IMG/VR virus record: IMGVR_UViG_2882837327_000005
Span: 1-64,000 of that record
Direction: 5' to 3' (one strand)
DNA from: a virus
Taxonomy: Duplodnaviria; Caudoviricetes
Length of the DNA: 64,000 nt
A program made the position numbers and the translations under genes. Each line of letters starts with the position of its first letter. The stretch's first letter is position 1. Below the pieces are notes generated by a model. The model searched no databases. It was not told the DNA's origin and saw only the letters and a program-made list of their open reading frames with translations. Shown piece after piece: positions 26,337-36,585 of this stretch.

Positions 26337-28528
26337 TGGAGAAGCGCGCGCCCGGGCTGCCCCTCTCGGAGGCGGAGCTGAAGCAGCGCCGCGAGGCCGC
26401 GCGTTCCCGGTGGGAGAAGGCGGCGGCCGGTGCTGGCGCGGTGACCGGGGCCGCGGCCGCCGGTGGCGCTGCGGCAGCCGTGGCCCGCATCGTGGAGCGC
26501 AGCCGCGCGGCCAAGGCCGTGCGACAGGGCAATGAGCGCGGCGCTCGGCAGGAGGCCTGGGGCAAGCGCCTGGGTGAGAAGGTCGAGGAACGCGGCCAGC
26601 GCCAGGCGGCACGTGCCCGCGCGGGGGACGTGGTGCCGAAGTACCGCGCCTTCCTCGAGCGGCGCAGCGCGGAGGCAGCCCGGGATCTCGCCACCCTGCG
26701 CGCTGGCGAGCGCCCTGTCCCGGGCTATCGCAACACCGCAGACCGGCTGGACCCGATCAAGAGCGTGGTGCAGGACGGGCGGAAGCTCACGCGCTTCGAG
26801 ATGGAGTTCGTCGATGACGGCGCGCCCCTGGGACCGGCCCAGCTGGATGACGCGCTTCAGGCGGCCCGGGAGCGCTGGCGCGGCACCATTGACCGCCTGA
26901 AGGCCACGCCCCGCAACAGGCGCGTGAAGGTGGAGGGGTTCGACCGCGCGGCGGCCCGCCCTCATGACCGGAAGATCAAAGCCACCGAGGGATGGGCCTC
27001 ATCACGTGGCCGGGCCACGCAGGCAGCCGCTGATGGCGCCAGCAGCCCGCGCGTGGAAGCCGCGAAGGCGATCCTGGACAGCCACCGAGAGGCCATGGCC
27101 GAGGGGCTCGCATCAAACGACACCATGAGCCGCCGGCAGAAGGTGGATCTGGGCCGGGCGCGGCGCGTCCTCCACGAGGTGGGCCAGTTGCCAGAGGGAG
27201 AACCCGTGCCCTCTGTCCGCGGCAAGAAGCGTGGCGTCCGGGTGGAGCCCACGCAGGGCGCTACGGTGCGCAGCCATACCCGCAAGGTGCCGCGCGCCTG
27301 GCCGGGAGCGGAGCTGAGCGCTTCCTGGCGGCGCGAGATGGGCGCCGATATCCGAGAGGGCACCGAATACGCGGCGGGCAACCTGCGCGCCCGTGTCGCC
27401 CAGCGCGCTGCCGCGAGCCGCGCCGCCGGCATTGGCCGGGCAAAGGCCATCCTGGCCCGGATGCCGGGCCGCGTGAGGGTCACTGGTGCTGCCGCAGGCG
27501 CGCTCGGCGCGGCGCTGGGCGGTTTCGCCGCGTGGCGCAAGGCCAATTCGGTGGAAAAACTGGCAAAGGCTGCCCCGCGCGGCACCACGGCGCTGGTCGG
27601 CAGCCTGGCCACCCGGCTGGCGAGCCTGTTCCGTGCCTGGGGCCAGGATCCTTCGACGGCGGATGCCAGCGCAGGAATCCAGGAGGCGCTGGAGCCCGCC
27701 GCCGATGTCTTCCGGCTGGCAGCCGAGAGCGTGCAGCCGAACATGGACGGCGACAGCACCCAGGCGCCCATGACCGGCGGCGACCCGCGCCGCACCATCG
27801 CCTTCAACTTCGACGCCCGGAATCCCCGCGTGGAGCAGTACCTGCGCGGGTACGAGCTGGATCTCATCCGGAACCTGACCGACCAGTCGCGGGAGGCGGT
27901 CCGCACCGCGCTGCGCCTGGGCGCTATGACAGGCGCCAGCATCCCCGAGCAGGCCCGGCTGGTGCGCCAGAGCATCGGCCTCGCGCCCGGCCAGGTCGCC
28001 TGGGTGCAGTCCTATCGGATGCAGCTGCGCGAGCTGAACCCCAATGCCCTGAACCGGAACCTCCGGGACGCCCGGTTCGACAGCACCCTGCGCCGCGCGA
28101 TCGCGGACGGCGCCCCCCTGAGCGAGGATCAGGTGGAGCGGATGGTAGACGCCTATTCCAGGCGCACGCTGGCCTACCGCGCCACCAGCATCGCTCGCAC
28201 CGAGGGGCTGCGCGCCGCGACGGAGGGCAGCCTTGCCCAGGTCAAGGCGATGCTGGAGAGCGACAGCACCCTCGATGTCGAGAAGACGTGGCTGGCCACG
28301 GAGGACGGGCGCACGCGCGATGAGCACGTGCACCTGAACGGCCAGAGCGTGACCGGCCTCGAAACTGCCTTCCTTGTGCGGAGCAGCGACGGCCAGATGC
28401 ACAGCATCCGATACCCGCGCGACCCGATGGCGCCCGCGCACCTCACCATCGGCTGCCGCTGCACCATGGGCTTCCGCCTGGTGCCGCGCGCCGATCTCCG
28501 CCGCCCCATGACCGCAGAGGCTGTGTGA
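26336..28528 (+). CDS. Minor head protein (MuF/SPP1 gp7-like C-domain) with long basic N-extension
   Basis: RATSIARTE, KTWLATEDGRTRDEH..LNGQ, IRYPRDP..IGCRC. Confidence 0.85.
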   Translation: MEKRAPGLPLSEAELKQRREAARSRWEKAAAGAGAVTGAAAAGGAAAAVARIVERSRAAKAVRQGNERGARQEAWGKRLGEKVEERGQRQAARARAGDVVPKYRAFLERRSAEAARDLATLRAGERPVPGYRNTADRLDPIKSVVQDGRKLTRFEMEFVDDGAPLGPAQLDDALQAARERWRGTIDRLKATPRNRRVKVEGFDRAAARPHDRKIKATEGWASSRGRATQAAADGASSPRVEAAKAILDSHREAMAEGLASNDTMSRRQKVDLGRARRVLHEVGQLPEGEPVPSVRGKKRGVRVEPTQGATVRSHTRKVPRAWPGAELSASWRREMGADIREGTEYAAGNLRARVAQRAAASRAAGIGRAKAILARMPGRVRVTGAAAGALGAALGGFAAWRKANSVEKLAKAAPRGTTALVGSLATRLASLFRAWGQDPSTADASAGIQEALEPAADVFRLAAESVQPNMDGDSTQAPMTGGDPRRTIAFNFDARNPRVEQYLRGYELDLIRNLTDQSREAVRTALRLGAMTGASIPEQARLVRQSIGLAPGQVAWVQSYRMQLRELNPNALNRNLRDARFDSTLRRAIADGAPLSEDQVERMVDAYSRRTLAYRATSIARTEGLRAATEGSLAQVKAMLESDSTLDVEKTWLATEDGRTRDEHVHLNGQSVTGLETAFLVRSSDGQMHSIRYPRDPMAPAHLTIGCRCTMGFRLVPRADLRRPMTAEAV

Positions 28529-28749
28529 TGCCGAAGGAATTGACGACGCCGCGCATGAGCATCCGCCTCATGCAGGCAGATCACGGGATCCAGCAGTTCC
28601 AGCTGAAGATCGACATCGCGACCCTGGACGTGATCCAGGACCGCAATGAGGTCATCCGGCTGGCGAAGGAAGGCGTGGCCTCGCTGCTGCAGCAGATGGT
28701 GTGGCGGGTGCCGCTGGAGGGTGAGCAGCTCGAGGCGGCTGTTCCCTAA
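28528..28749 (+). CDS. Small hypothetical protein
   Basis: TGATG coupling. Confidence 0.6.
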   Translation: MPKELTTPRMSIRLMQADHGIQQFQLKIDIATLDVIQDRNEVIRLAKEGVASLLQQMVWRVPLEGEQLEAAVP

Positions 28750-28843
28750 GTCGCGCGACGATCCGGCAAGATAGCCCTTCGCAGACCGTTTGCGCTTTCT
28801 GAAAACCCGCGACCATGACGGTGGAAGTCAGTCGGGGGCTTCC

Positions 28844-29569
28844 ATGCTGAACTTCAGCGCCGAGGAAATCGCAGGCATCGAGGCGGCCATCACCGCGTAC
28901 CGGGAAGGCCCGGAGCGCGATGCGGCCATGACGAATGCCTACCGCCAGGTGGAGGCCGCCGGCCGCCGCTGGAACTCGGGGGAGCCCATTGTGCCACCCG
29001 AGGGCTGCACGCCGCTGGCCAAGGCCTGCTTCGCCGCCGTGGATGCGTTGGCGAAGCGGGAGGCGATGGAGAAGGCGGTGAAGGCCGGAGAGGCGACCGT
29101 CGACGAGACGAGGGCAGCCCGGCGCCTGAAGCCGCTGGGCGCAGCGCTGAGCAAGATGGCGCCGGCGGCGTCGGCGGATGTCGCACCGGCTCACCCCAAA
29201 GTCGCGCAACAGCCGAACCACCAGAAGGCCATCGCCGCCCTGCCCCTCGCCCAGCGCGCCCATGCCGAGCAACTCGCGAAGGCCGGCCAGGAAGAGGAGC
29301 TGCAGAAGTTCCTGGGCCTGGCCCGGGTGGCCCTGCCCCCCATTGTCCGCGCCGGCACCCGCGTCGCCACCAACCTCCTGCGCGCCTCGGCCACCGTGGC
29401 CCCAGGCGCCGCCGCGAAGCCGACTGGCCTGGCCAGCGCTGCGAAGAAGGTCAGCGGCTGGACGGCATGGCGGTCGAAGCAGCCGAGCGCCAAGAGCGCA
29501 GGCGTCATGGGCGCGAAGCCGCGCGCCCCCAGTCTCGGCGTGGCCGCCCAGCCCGCAACCCAGAAGTAA
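28844..29569 (+). CDS. Basic Ala/Lys-rich head-associated protein with many LxK motifs
   Basis: PLAKA, ALAKR, MEKA, LSKM, LAKA, LQKF; lies behind a late-promoter motif. Confidence 0.65.
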   Translation: MLNFSAEEIAGIEAAITAYREGPERDAAMTNAYRQVEAAGRRWNSGEPIVPPEGCTPLAKACFAAVDALAKREAMEKAVKAGEATVDETRAARRLKPLGAALSKMAPAASADVAPAHPKVAQQPNHQKAIAALPLAQRAHAEQLAKAGQEEELQKFLGLARVALPPIVRAGTRVATNLLRASATVAPGAAAKPTGLASAAKKVSGWTAWRSKQPSAKSAGVMGAKPRAPSLGVAAQPATQK

Positions 29570-29580
29570 GGGAGACCATC

Positions 29581-30219
29581 ATGCTGCTGAGCCTGCTGAA
29601 GGTGGATGAGGAGCGCAGGCTGGTTTACGCCCGCGCCGCCACCTCCGAACCCGACCGTTCCGGCGAGATGCTGGACTATGCCACCGCCAAGCCCGCCTTC
29701 GAGGAATGGTCGCGCGGCATCGAGGAGGCCTCGGGCGGCCTGTCGAAAGGCAACCTCCGCGTCCAGCACGATCCCAAGAGCGTCGCCGGCAAGATCGTGG
29801 ACATGAGCTTCGACGACGCCAACGAGGCCGTCGATGTGGTCTGCAAGGTCGTGTCGGACGAGGCCTGGAAGATGTGCCTCGAGGGCTGCTTCACCGGTCT
29901 GTCCATCGGAGGCGGCTACGCCAGGAAGTGGAAGGACGAGAGCACCGGCCTGACGAAGTACACGCCGCGCCTCACCGAGATCTCGCTGGTCGACAACCCC
30001 TGCATCCCCGGCGCCCGCATCATCCGGCTGGAGAAGGCCGACGGCGCAGTGGCCGACCTGCTGCTGAAGGGCCGCGCGCGGTCGTTCGACGAGATCCTGC
30101 CGCTGCCCGCCTTCCGCAGTTTCGAGGAGGTGCTGAAGGCCGCCCCGCGCCCCCGCACCTTCGAGGATGTCCTCCGGAAGGGCGGCACCGCTATCTGCGC
30201 GGCGAGGCCGCTGCACTGA
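29581..30219 (+). CDS. Prohead serine protease (XkdF-like)
   Basis: KVDEERRLVY, DRSGE, LRVQH, FTGLSIGG, LTEISLVDNPCIPGA. Confidence 0.85.
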   Translation: MLLSLLKVDEERRLVYARAATSEPDRSGEMLDYATAKPAFEEWSRGIEEASGGLSKGNLRVQHDPKSVAGKIVDMSFDDANEAVDVVCKVVSDEAWKMCLEGCFTGLSIGGGYARKWKDESTGLTKYTPRLTEISLVDNPCIPGARIIRLEKADGAVADLLLKGRARSFDEILPLPAFRSFEEVLKAAPRPRTFEDVLRKGGTAICAARPLH

Positions 30220-30398
30220 TGCCGGTCTTCGAGCGCAAGTCCCCGGCGCCACCGGCCACCGATCCCGGCCAGGCCTTCGTGGTCCAGACCCTGGCCAAGG
30301 TCGCGGCCGGGCAGAACCTACCCCGCCTGGCGCCCACCCCTGCCGCGCTCAACAGCGCCTTCCGTAACCCGCTGGTGATCCCCCCGGAGGAAACCTGA
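30219..30398 (+). CDS. Small Pro-rich protein
   Basis: TGATG coupling at both ends; TLAKV motif. Confidence 0.55.
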   Translation: MPVFERKSPAPPATDPGQAFVVQTLAKVAAGQNLPRLAPTPAALNSAFRNPLVIPPEET

Positions 30399-33300
30399 TG
30401 GCGCGTTGCCGCTGGACCCCAGAGCTGATTGGCGACCTGCGCATGCGGGTAATGCGCCACAACCAGACGCCCGGCACCCAGAAGGTGCGCCTCGAGGAGC
30501 TGAAGAAGGCCTTCGCCGCGCGCGCCAGGGGTGCGGAGCCCATGGCGGCCGGGATGAAGGCGGTGGATCGCCTGCTGCTGGCCAAGGCGGACGACGATCA
30601 GCCCCGTGAGTCCAACGGCCGCTTCGCGCGCAGTGGTGCTCCCGACATGTCCGGCCAGGGCCGGTTCTATCGGGATGTCGCCACGCCCTTCCAGCATCGG
30701 CAGCTGCGTGAGCAGAACGCCGGCTATGAGGCGGCCAACCAGACCGTCATCCCCGAGACGCGCTATGGCCAGTTCCTTCCTGGCGCGCTGGCGGCAGCGT
30801 CGCTGGCGAGTGCCGCGGTCGATGGCGCCACCGCCAAGTTCGGCCGCAAGCCGAAGCTGAACCTGCCGAACAGCCTGGATGCGCTGCGCCTGGCGGCCCG
30901 TGCTGCGACCCTCGGCCGCGAGAACATTGCCAGCAAGGGGCTGAAGCAGGCCTCCCGCGCCTATAACGCCCTGTATGAAGACGGGGCCCTGGTGCCGGCA
31001 AAGCTTGTTCGGCGCTATTCAGACAAGAAGGTAGCGCGGATCGCGGCCCAGCCTACCAAGACCGCTGCCGAGCGCTTTCTCCGCTCCAGCAAGATCCTCC
31101 GCACCAAGATCGGGGGCCGCGTGGGCGCGGCGCTGACGGCCGCCGCCTTCCCTGGCGCCATCTTCGCCCCTCTCGCCTACGGCACCGGCCAGGCTATCGG
31201 CCCCGCCATCGACAGCGCGGTGGGCGGCCGCACCGTGAACAAGGCCAACACCGTGGAAGATCTCGCCAAGCGCTGGAAGCTTGCCAGCCTGACCGGCGCC
31301 GCGCGCCGCGCCCTGACCGGCTTCTCCCCCAGCGCCTCGCCCCTGGTGCAGGCGCGGCAGGCCATCAGCGGCCCCGCCGGCATCGCCGCGAACCGCGTAA
31401 AGCGCCACAACCTCGGCACCTTCGGGCGCGTGGGCACCCAGGCCGCTGCCGCCGCTGCTGGTGCCGGTGCCGCCGGCACGGCCGCCTGGGCTGCGGCCAG
31501 CCTCGGCCCACGCGTGTTCTACCGCGACGAGGACGGCAAATTCACCTCGAAGGAGAAGGCCGTCATCACTGGCGTCGCGGGTGTCGCTGGTGCTGCTGCT
31601 GGCCTGCTGGCAGGCCGCCGCGCCGTGGGCAATTTCGCCCGGGAGGCCCAGCGCCGCGCCACCGCCGCATTCGAGGCGCCGGCCACCGGGAAGGTGAAGA
31701 GTTCGGACGGCGTGTTCGACGCCATGCGCACCCGACTGGAGGGTGTGGACCGCCGCGCGGCCACCGGTCGAGGCACGCCGACGCCCGAGCAGGCTGCCGC
31801 CGCCAACCGCGCGCTGGACAGCGGAGCCGGGGATCGCCGCAACCTGTCCGACATGCTGGCCGCGCGCATGGAGGCCCGGACCAAGGGCGCCACCATGACC
31901 CGAGCCGAGGCGATCGAGGCGCGCAGCGCGTCGGGTGAGCTGGCGCGGCTGTATGGCAGCAAGGCCAACCGCACGCGGCGCCAAGCCGCGATCGCGGCGG
32001 CAACCAAGCCCATCGAGGCGCTGACGGTCGCCGCGCGCCAGGGCCCCGCCGCATGGGGCGCGAAGGCGCTGGACGATGTCGAGCGCAGCCAGATCGAGGG
32101 GCTGATGCGCCTGCCGGCGCGCGGGAAGCCCAGCTGGTGGGATGGTGTCGACAACCCGCGTGATGTGCGCCGGGCCTTCTTCGACACATGGAACAGCACC
32201 GGCAGCCTGGACCAAGCCATCGGCAAGCTGCCTAAGGCGAAGCAGGGCGACCTCAAGGCCATCCGCAGCGCCGTGGACGAGGAGCGCACCGCGTTCGCAG
32301 GCCGGGTGACGGCCTGGGAGACGCAGCGCGTCTCTGCGATCGAGGGCGCCGACAAGGCGGTTGCCAAGGTTCGCGAGCTGGCTGCGAAGAAGACCAAGGC
32401 CGCGAAGGCCCTGGACGACCTGAACGCCATCGATGCCGCCACCCACAAGACGAAGGCGGCGCGCGCAGCGCACGCCGACGCCATCACCGCCGCCGAGAAT
32501 GAGCTGGTGCGCGCCGACAAGGCGCTGGCGGGGGCCAAGGAGGCCAGCGCGCGCGCCGAGCGCACCGCGAACCACGCGTCCCGCCTCGACCCGGCCGGCG
32601 GCGGCTTCCACAGCGCCCTGGCCGAGGCCAGCGACGAGGTGCGCGACGCGCTGCGCCCCCGCAACCCCTTCAAGCAGGGCAGCTTCCTCGAGGGGCTGCC
32701 CTCCCCAGCCCGGCTGAAGGAGCTGCGCGACGACGCCACGAAGCGCGCGCTGCTGGCGGAGAACACCCGCCTGGTGGACGAGGCCATGAAGCGCGGCGCC
32801 CGGGTGCGCCAGCTGGTGGACGATGTCGCCACCGAGACCGCCCGAATCAGCGGCACCCGCACCAGCGGCCCTGTGCAGCGGCAGGTGGAGGCAGTGGCGG
32901 CCCGCATCGCTCCCTACATGGAGAGCATGCAGCGCGACGTGCGCATGCTGCGCGGCGGCGCCAGCGCCTATGTGAATCGCCTCCTGGGCGATGGCCCGGC
33001 CAATTGGGGCACCGCCGCGCGCAACGCCCGCGCCAAGGTGGAGCGCTGGGTGCTGGGGCAGCAGGTCAAAGGCCCGACGGGCACGACGACGCGCGAAGGC
33101 GGCGCCTGGAACTGGGCAAAGCGCAACAAGGGCGCCATTCTGACCGCCGGTGCAGCCGCCGGCGTGCTGGACTACTCGGCCGATGGCCGTGTGAACCTCA
33201 ACTGGCGTGGCCTGGGCCGCTTCCGGGATGACCCGCTCTCCGCCGCCGACAGCGCGCGCAAGAACACGGGTGCCTTCTTCCGGATCTACAACCCGGGCGC

Positions 33301-35035
33301 CGCCAACGAGGCGGTGCTGACGGGCATCACCCTGAAGGGCAAGGACGGCAAGGAGACCTTCGTCACCGGGCGCATCACGCGCGCCGATGGCAGCGAGATC
33401 CCGATCACCACCGGCGCCGCCGTGGACGACATCACCCGCCAGTTCAATCGCGGCCCCTCCGGAGACGGCGGAGGCGGTGGCGGTGGCAATGCCGGCGGCG
33501 AGGGTGGAGCCGCGGCGCGCGCCAGCGCCCTGTTCGGGAAGCTGAAGTCCGGCGACGCCGTGAAGCGCGAGGAGATCGGCGGCGAGACCTTCCAGCATAC
33601 CGGGGGGCAGAACACCCTCTCGAAGGACGACGCCCGCACGCTCATGGCGACCCGGGACCAGTTCAAGACCTCGATGGAGCGGGTAGCCGAGAAGATCGGC
33701 AACAATGTCGGCGCCCATGCCGGCGACTTCTACCGCGCCCTGGGCCAGCTCATGGGTGAGCCGGGCCGGATCCTGACCATCAATCAGATGCGCCAGGCGC
33801 TGGTGGGCGATAAGGGGCTGTTCGGCACGGGCAGCCGCCTGAACGACAACCTCGACGCCAAGGCGCTGCAGGACAAGCTGAGCGGGCTCGCCGGCACCCT
33901 GCCTGCGCCCCAGGACGCAGAGCAGGCCAAGGCCCTGCGCCGCGCCATGCGGCTGCTGGGCGGCAAGGCCTCCCAGAAGGGGCAGGTCAGCAACTACAGC
34001 AGCATCGACAGCATCATCGATCGCCGCATGAGCAAGAGCGCACCGGGCACGCCTCCTGCAACACACGCCCCTGCCCCGAGCCCGCGCACCCACGGCGAGC
34101 TTGATGACGAGACCCTCTCGCGCCTCGAGGCGGATCTCCGCCCCCGGTACAGGAATGAGTTGTCGCGGCGCGGCGCGTCCTCGCGCGGGGGCCGCCCTGA
34201 TGCCGATACCGAGCGGCTCATGGCCTACAACGACCGCCTGACCGAGGAAGCGGCGACGCTGTTCAACAGCTTCCGCGACGAGCTGCGCGGCACCCACAGC
34301 GCGGCCGAGGCGCGCCGACTGGCGGCTGAGCAGACCTGGAGCGTGATGACGGCCAGCCTGCCGAACCGCCCCACGAAGAACCCCTTCGCCAAGGCGGCGG
34401 GCGGGCCACTGGCCAAGGCCCTGGACGAGGCTCGCGCCGCCGCGCCGCGCCGCTTCGATGAGGCGAAGATCAGCCGCCACGGCAAGGGCGACGGTCAGGG
34501 GGGCGAGTTCGCCCCGCGCGGCGGCGGGCGTGCGGCCCGTGAGGAGGCCGACGCAGGCCCGCAGCGCCGCCCTGCGCCCGGCGCCCCGCCGGCCAAGGAC
34601 GAGCGCGGCTACTTCGAGCCTGTGCGCCTGGGCGCCACGGTCGGCGGCACGGTCGGCAGTCAGGCGGCCTGGGAGCTGTTCAACCGCTACGCCCCCAAGG
34701 GCATCAAGCTGGGCGGCACCGCTGGCCGCTTCGTGCTGGGCATGCTGGCCAGCGTGGCGGGTGGCGTGGGTGGCGCGGCAGCGGGCGAGGCCGCTGGCAG
34801 GAAGACCTATGACGCCCGGGGCGAGAAGGCACCGGGCTCCTACGAGCAGCCGCAGCGGGACGGCGCCGAGGAAGTCGGCCGGGGTATCGGCGGGTTCCTG
34901 GGCGGCTTCGCCGGCCTTGCCACTGCCAGCGTGCCCGGGGCCATCGCCCTCGGCACCGCAGGCAGCCTGGCCGGTGAGGAGCTGTTCGGCCGCGCCGCGA
35001 AGATCGCCCGCGAGAGATTCGGAGTGGAGCTGTGA
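30398..35035 (+). CDS. 1545-aa modular head-associated polyprotein (putative internal or ejected cargo)
   Basis: Between protease and scaffold; LxK sites, three R-x-G(R/K/E)F tags, several Gly-zipper helices, coiled coil. Confidence 0.75.
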   Translation: MARCRWTPELIGDLRMRVMRHNQTPGTQKVRLEELKKAFAARARGAEPMAAGMKAVDRLLLAKADDDQPRESNGRFARSGAPDMSGQGRFYRDVATPFQHRQLREQNAGYEAANQTVIPETRYGQFLPGALAAASLASAAVDGATAKFGRKPKLNLPNSLDALRLAARAATLGRENIASKGLKQASRAYNALYEDGALVPAKLVRRYSDKKVARIAAQPTKTAAERFLRSSKILRTKIGGRVGAALTAAAFPGAIFAPLAYGTGQAIGPAIDSAVGGRTVNKANTVEDLAKRWKLASLTGAARRALTGFSPSASPLVQARQAISGPAGIAANRVKRHNLGTFGRVGTQAAAAAAGAGAAGTAAWAAASLGPRVFYRDEDGKFTSKEKAVITGVAGVAGAAAGLLAGRRAVGNFAREAQRRATAAFEAPATGKVKSSDGVFDAMRTRLEGVDRRAATGRGTPTPEQAAAANRALDSGAGDRRNLSDMLAARMEARTKGATMTRAEAIEARSASGELARLYGSKANRTRRQAAIAAATKPIEALTVAARQGPAAWGAKALDDVERSQIEGLMRLPARGKPSWWDGVDNPRDVRRAFFDTWNSTGSLDQAIGKLPKAKQGDLKAIRSAVDEERTAFAGRVTAWETQRVSAIEGADKAVAKVRELAAKKTKAAKALDDLNAIDAATHKTKAARAAHADAITAAENELVRADKALAGAKEASARAERTANHASRLDPAGGGFHSALAEASDEVRDALRPRNPFKQGSFLEGLPSPARLKELRDDATKRALLAENTRLVDEAMKRGARVRQLVDDVATETARISGTRTSGPVQRQVEAVAARIAPYMESMQRDVRMLRGGASAYVNRLLGDGPANWGTAARNARAKVERWVLGQQVKGPTGTTTREGGAWNWAKRNKGAILTAGAAAGVLDYSADGRVNLNWRGLGRFRDDPLSAADSARKNTGAFFRIYNPGAANEAVLTGITLKGKDGKETFVTGRITRADGSEIPITTGAAVDDITRQFNRGPSGDGGGGGGGNAGGEGGAAARASALFGKLKSGDAVKREEIGGETFQHTGGQNTLSKDDARTLMATRDQFKTSMERVAEKIGNNVGAHAGDFYRALGQLMGEPGRILTINQMRQALVGDKGLFGTGSRLNDNLDAKALQDKLSGLAGTLPAPQDAEQAKALRRAMRLLGGKASQKGQVSNYSSIDSIIDRRMSKSAPGTPPATHAPAPSPRTHGELDDETLSRLEADLRPRYRNELSRRGASSRGGRPDADTERLMAYNDRLTEEAATLFNSFRDELRGTHSAAEARRLAAEQTWSVMTASLPNRPTKNPFAKAAGGPLAKALDEARAAAPRRFDEAKISRHGKGDGQGGEFAPRGGGRAAREEADAGPQRRPAPGAPPAKDERGYFEPVRLGATVGGTVGSQAAWELFNRYAPKGIKLGGTAGRFVLGMLASVAGGVGGAAAGEAAGRKTYDARGEKAPGSYEQPQRDGAEEVGRGIGGFLGGFAGLATASVPGAIALGTAGSLAGEELFGRAAKIARERFGVEL

Positions 35036-35202
35036 CCTTCACGCAATCCGCCGGGGCCTTCTCCGGCCTCACCGCCACTGACCTCGCAGTGCCCGCCACA
35101 CGGGCACTTGCCAGGAAGAGGCGTCTTTCAACCATGCTGGCAAGGCTCGCGGCGCTGAAGCGGCAATCGGGGCAGAGCGCCCTTCGGAAAGAGGACAGAC
35201 AC

Positions 35203-36585
35203 ATGAACTTCCAGACCCTGATCGGTGCGCTGAAGACGAGCGCGAGCGAGATCGTCGCGAGCGGCGCCACCGATGCCGCCGACCAGCTGGCCAAGAGCAT
35301 CGACCAGTTCGCCGGCCGCGCCGCCGGCCTGGTGGTCTCGCCCCCCGAGCAGACCGACCATGTCGGCACCCTGGGCCGCACCTTCGACGAGATGGTGAAG
35401 GCGGTGGGTGTGGTCGAGGACGGCGGCTACGTCCTGATGAAGGGCGGCGCGAAGCCGGATGACGGCAAGATGGAGCTGCTGAAGTGCGGCCTGAACATCG
35501 CGGGCGTGGCGCTGAACCTCATGGCCGCCGAGCAGGCCGCGCCGGCGGGCAGCGAGGACGAAGCCCGCAGCGAGGGCCTGGGCCTGTTCAAGGTGGCCTT
35601 CGATGGTGGTGAGCAGCTGCTGAAGCACTCCCTGGCCGAGGACGGCATGCGCTGGCTGCGCGATCCGGTCGAGGCGACCCAGGAGGGTCAGGACGAGGCG
35701 CTGGCCGCGCTGGCGCTGCTGGGCGTCGATACCGACCGCCTGCTGAAGGCCTTCGAAGAGGCCGAGGGTGGGGATGGCGGTGGTGAACCGGGCGGCGGCG
35801 AAGGTGCTGGCGATGGCGCTGGCGAGGGTGAAGGTGCCGCCGAGGGCGGTGGCGACGACAACCCCATCATGAACATGGCCCGCATGGGCGTGGCCACCAT
35901 GACCACGGCCGGTGCGGTGCTGGAGGCCGGTGGCCAGGAGCTGCCGGAGGATGTCCAGCAGATGCTTTCCCAGATCGCCGAAGCCGGCGCGCTGATCACG
36001 ACTCACGCCGACCACCTGGCCCAGCTGCATGCGGCCGAGGAAGGCGAGGACGAGGGTGAGGGTGAGGACAGCGAACTCGAGCCCGAGGATGGTGCGGGTG
36101 AGGGCGAGGACGAGGGCGCACCCACTGGCGAGAAGGAACCGCCCGCCAAGGGTGATGAAGGCGACGGCGACAAGCCCGGCGCCGAGGCCGACGCCAAGCC
36201 CGGGTCCGCGCCGCCCACCGGCAAGGAGGGAGACGAGGGCAAGAAGAAGCCCAAGGCCCGCGAGCCCGAAATGGCCCTGGCGGCCAAGACCGGCGAACTG
36301 GCGAAAACGGCCGCCGCCTTCCTGGCCAAGGCCCGCCCGGCTGCAGCCCCCGCGCCCGCCCCTGCCCCTGTGCTCCAGGCGCCGCCTGTCCTGCCGGCGA
36401 ATGCGCCCGCTGCCCGGGTCGTGCCTGTCTCCAAGGCGGCCGATGGCGGTGGTGAGCCGCTGGCGAAGACGGCCAACGAAAAGACGCTGGAGGAGCTGGC
36501 GAAGATGTCGCCCACCGAACGTGAGCGCGCCGCGGTCTTCCTGGCACTCCGGGCCCCGCCGATCGAGCTGCCCGCCGCGAATTAA
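35203..36585 (+). CDS. Capsid scaffolding protein (acidic, low complexity)
   Basis: Directly before the capsid gene; Glu/Gly-rich; more than 10 (L/V/M)xK motifs; GAGGA RBS. Confidence 0.7.
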   Translation: MNFQTLIGALKTSASEIVASGATDAADQLAKSIDQFAGRAAGLVVSPPEQTDHVGTLGRTFDEMVKAVGVVEDGGYVLMKGGAKPDDGKMELLKCGLNIAGVALNLMAAEQAAPAGSEDEARSEGLGLFKVAFDGGEQLLKHSLAEDGMRWLRDPVEATQEGQDEALAALALLGVDTDRLLKAFEEAEGGDGGGEPGGGEGAGDGAGEGEGAAEGGGDDNPIMNMARMGVATMTTAGAVLEAGGQELPEDVQQMLSQIAEAGALITTHADHLAQLHAAEEGEDEGEGEDSELEPEDGAGEGEDEGAPTGEKEPPAKGDEGDGDKPGAEADAKPGSAPPTGKEGDEGKKKPKAREPEMALAAKTGELAKTAAAFLAKARPAAAPAPAPAPVLQAPPVLPANAPAARVVPVSKAADGGGEPLAKTANEKTLEELAKMSPTERERAAVFLALRAPPIELPAAN

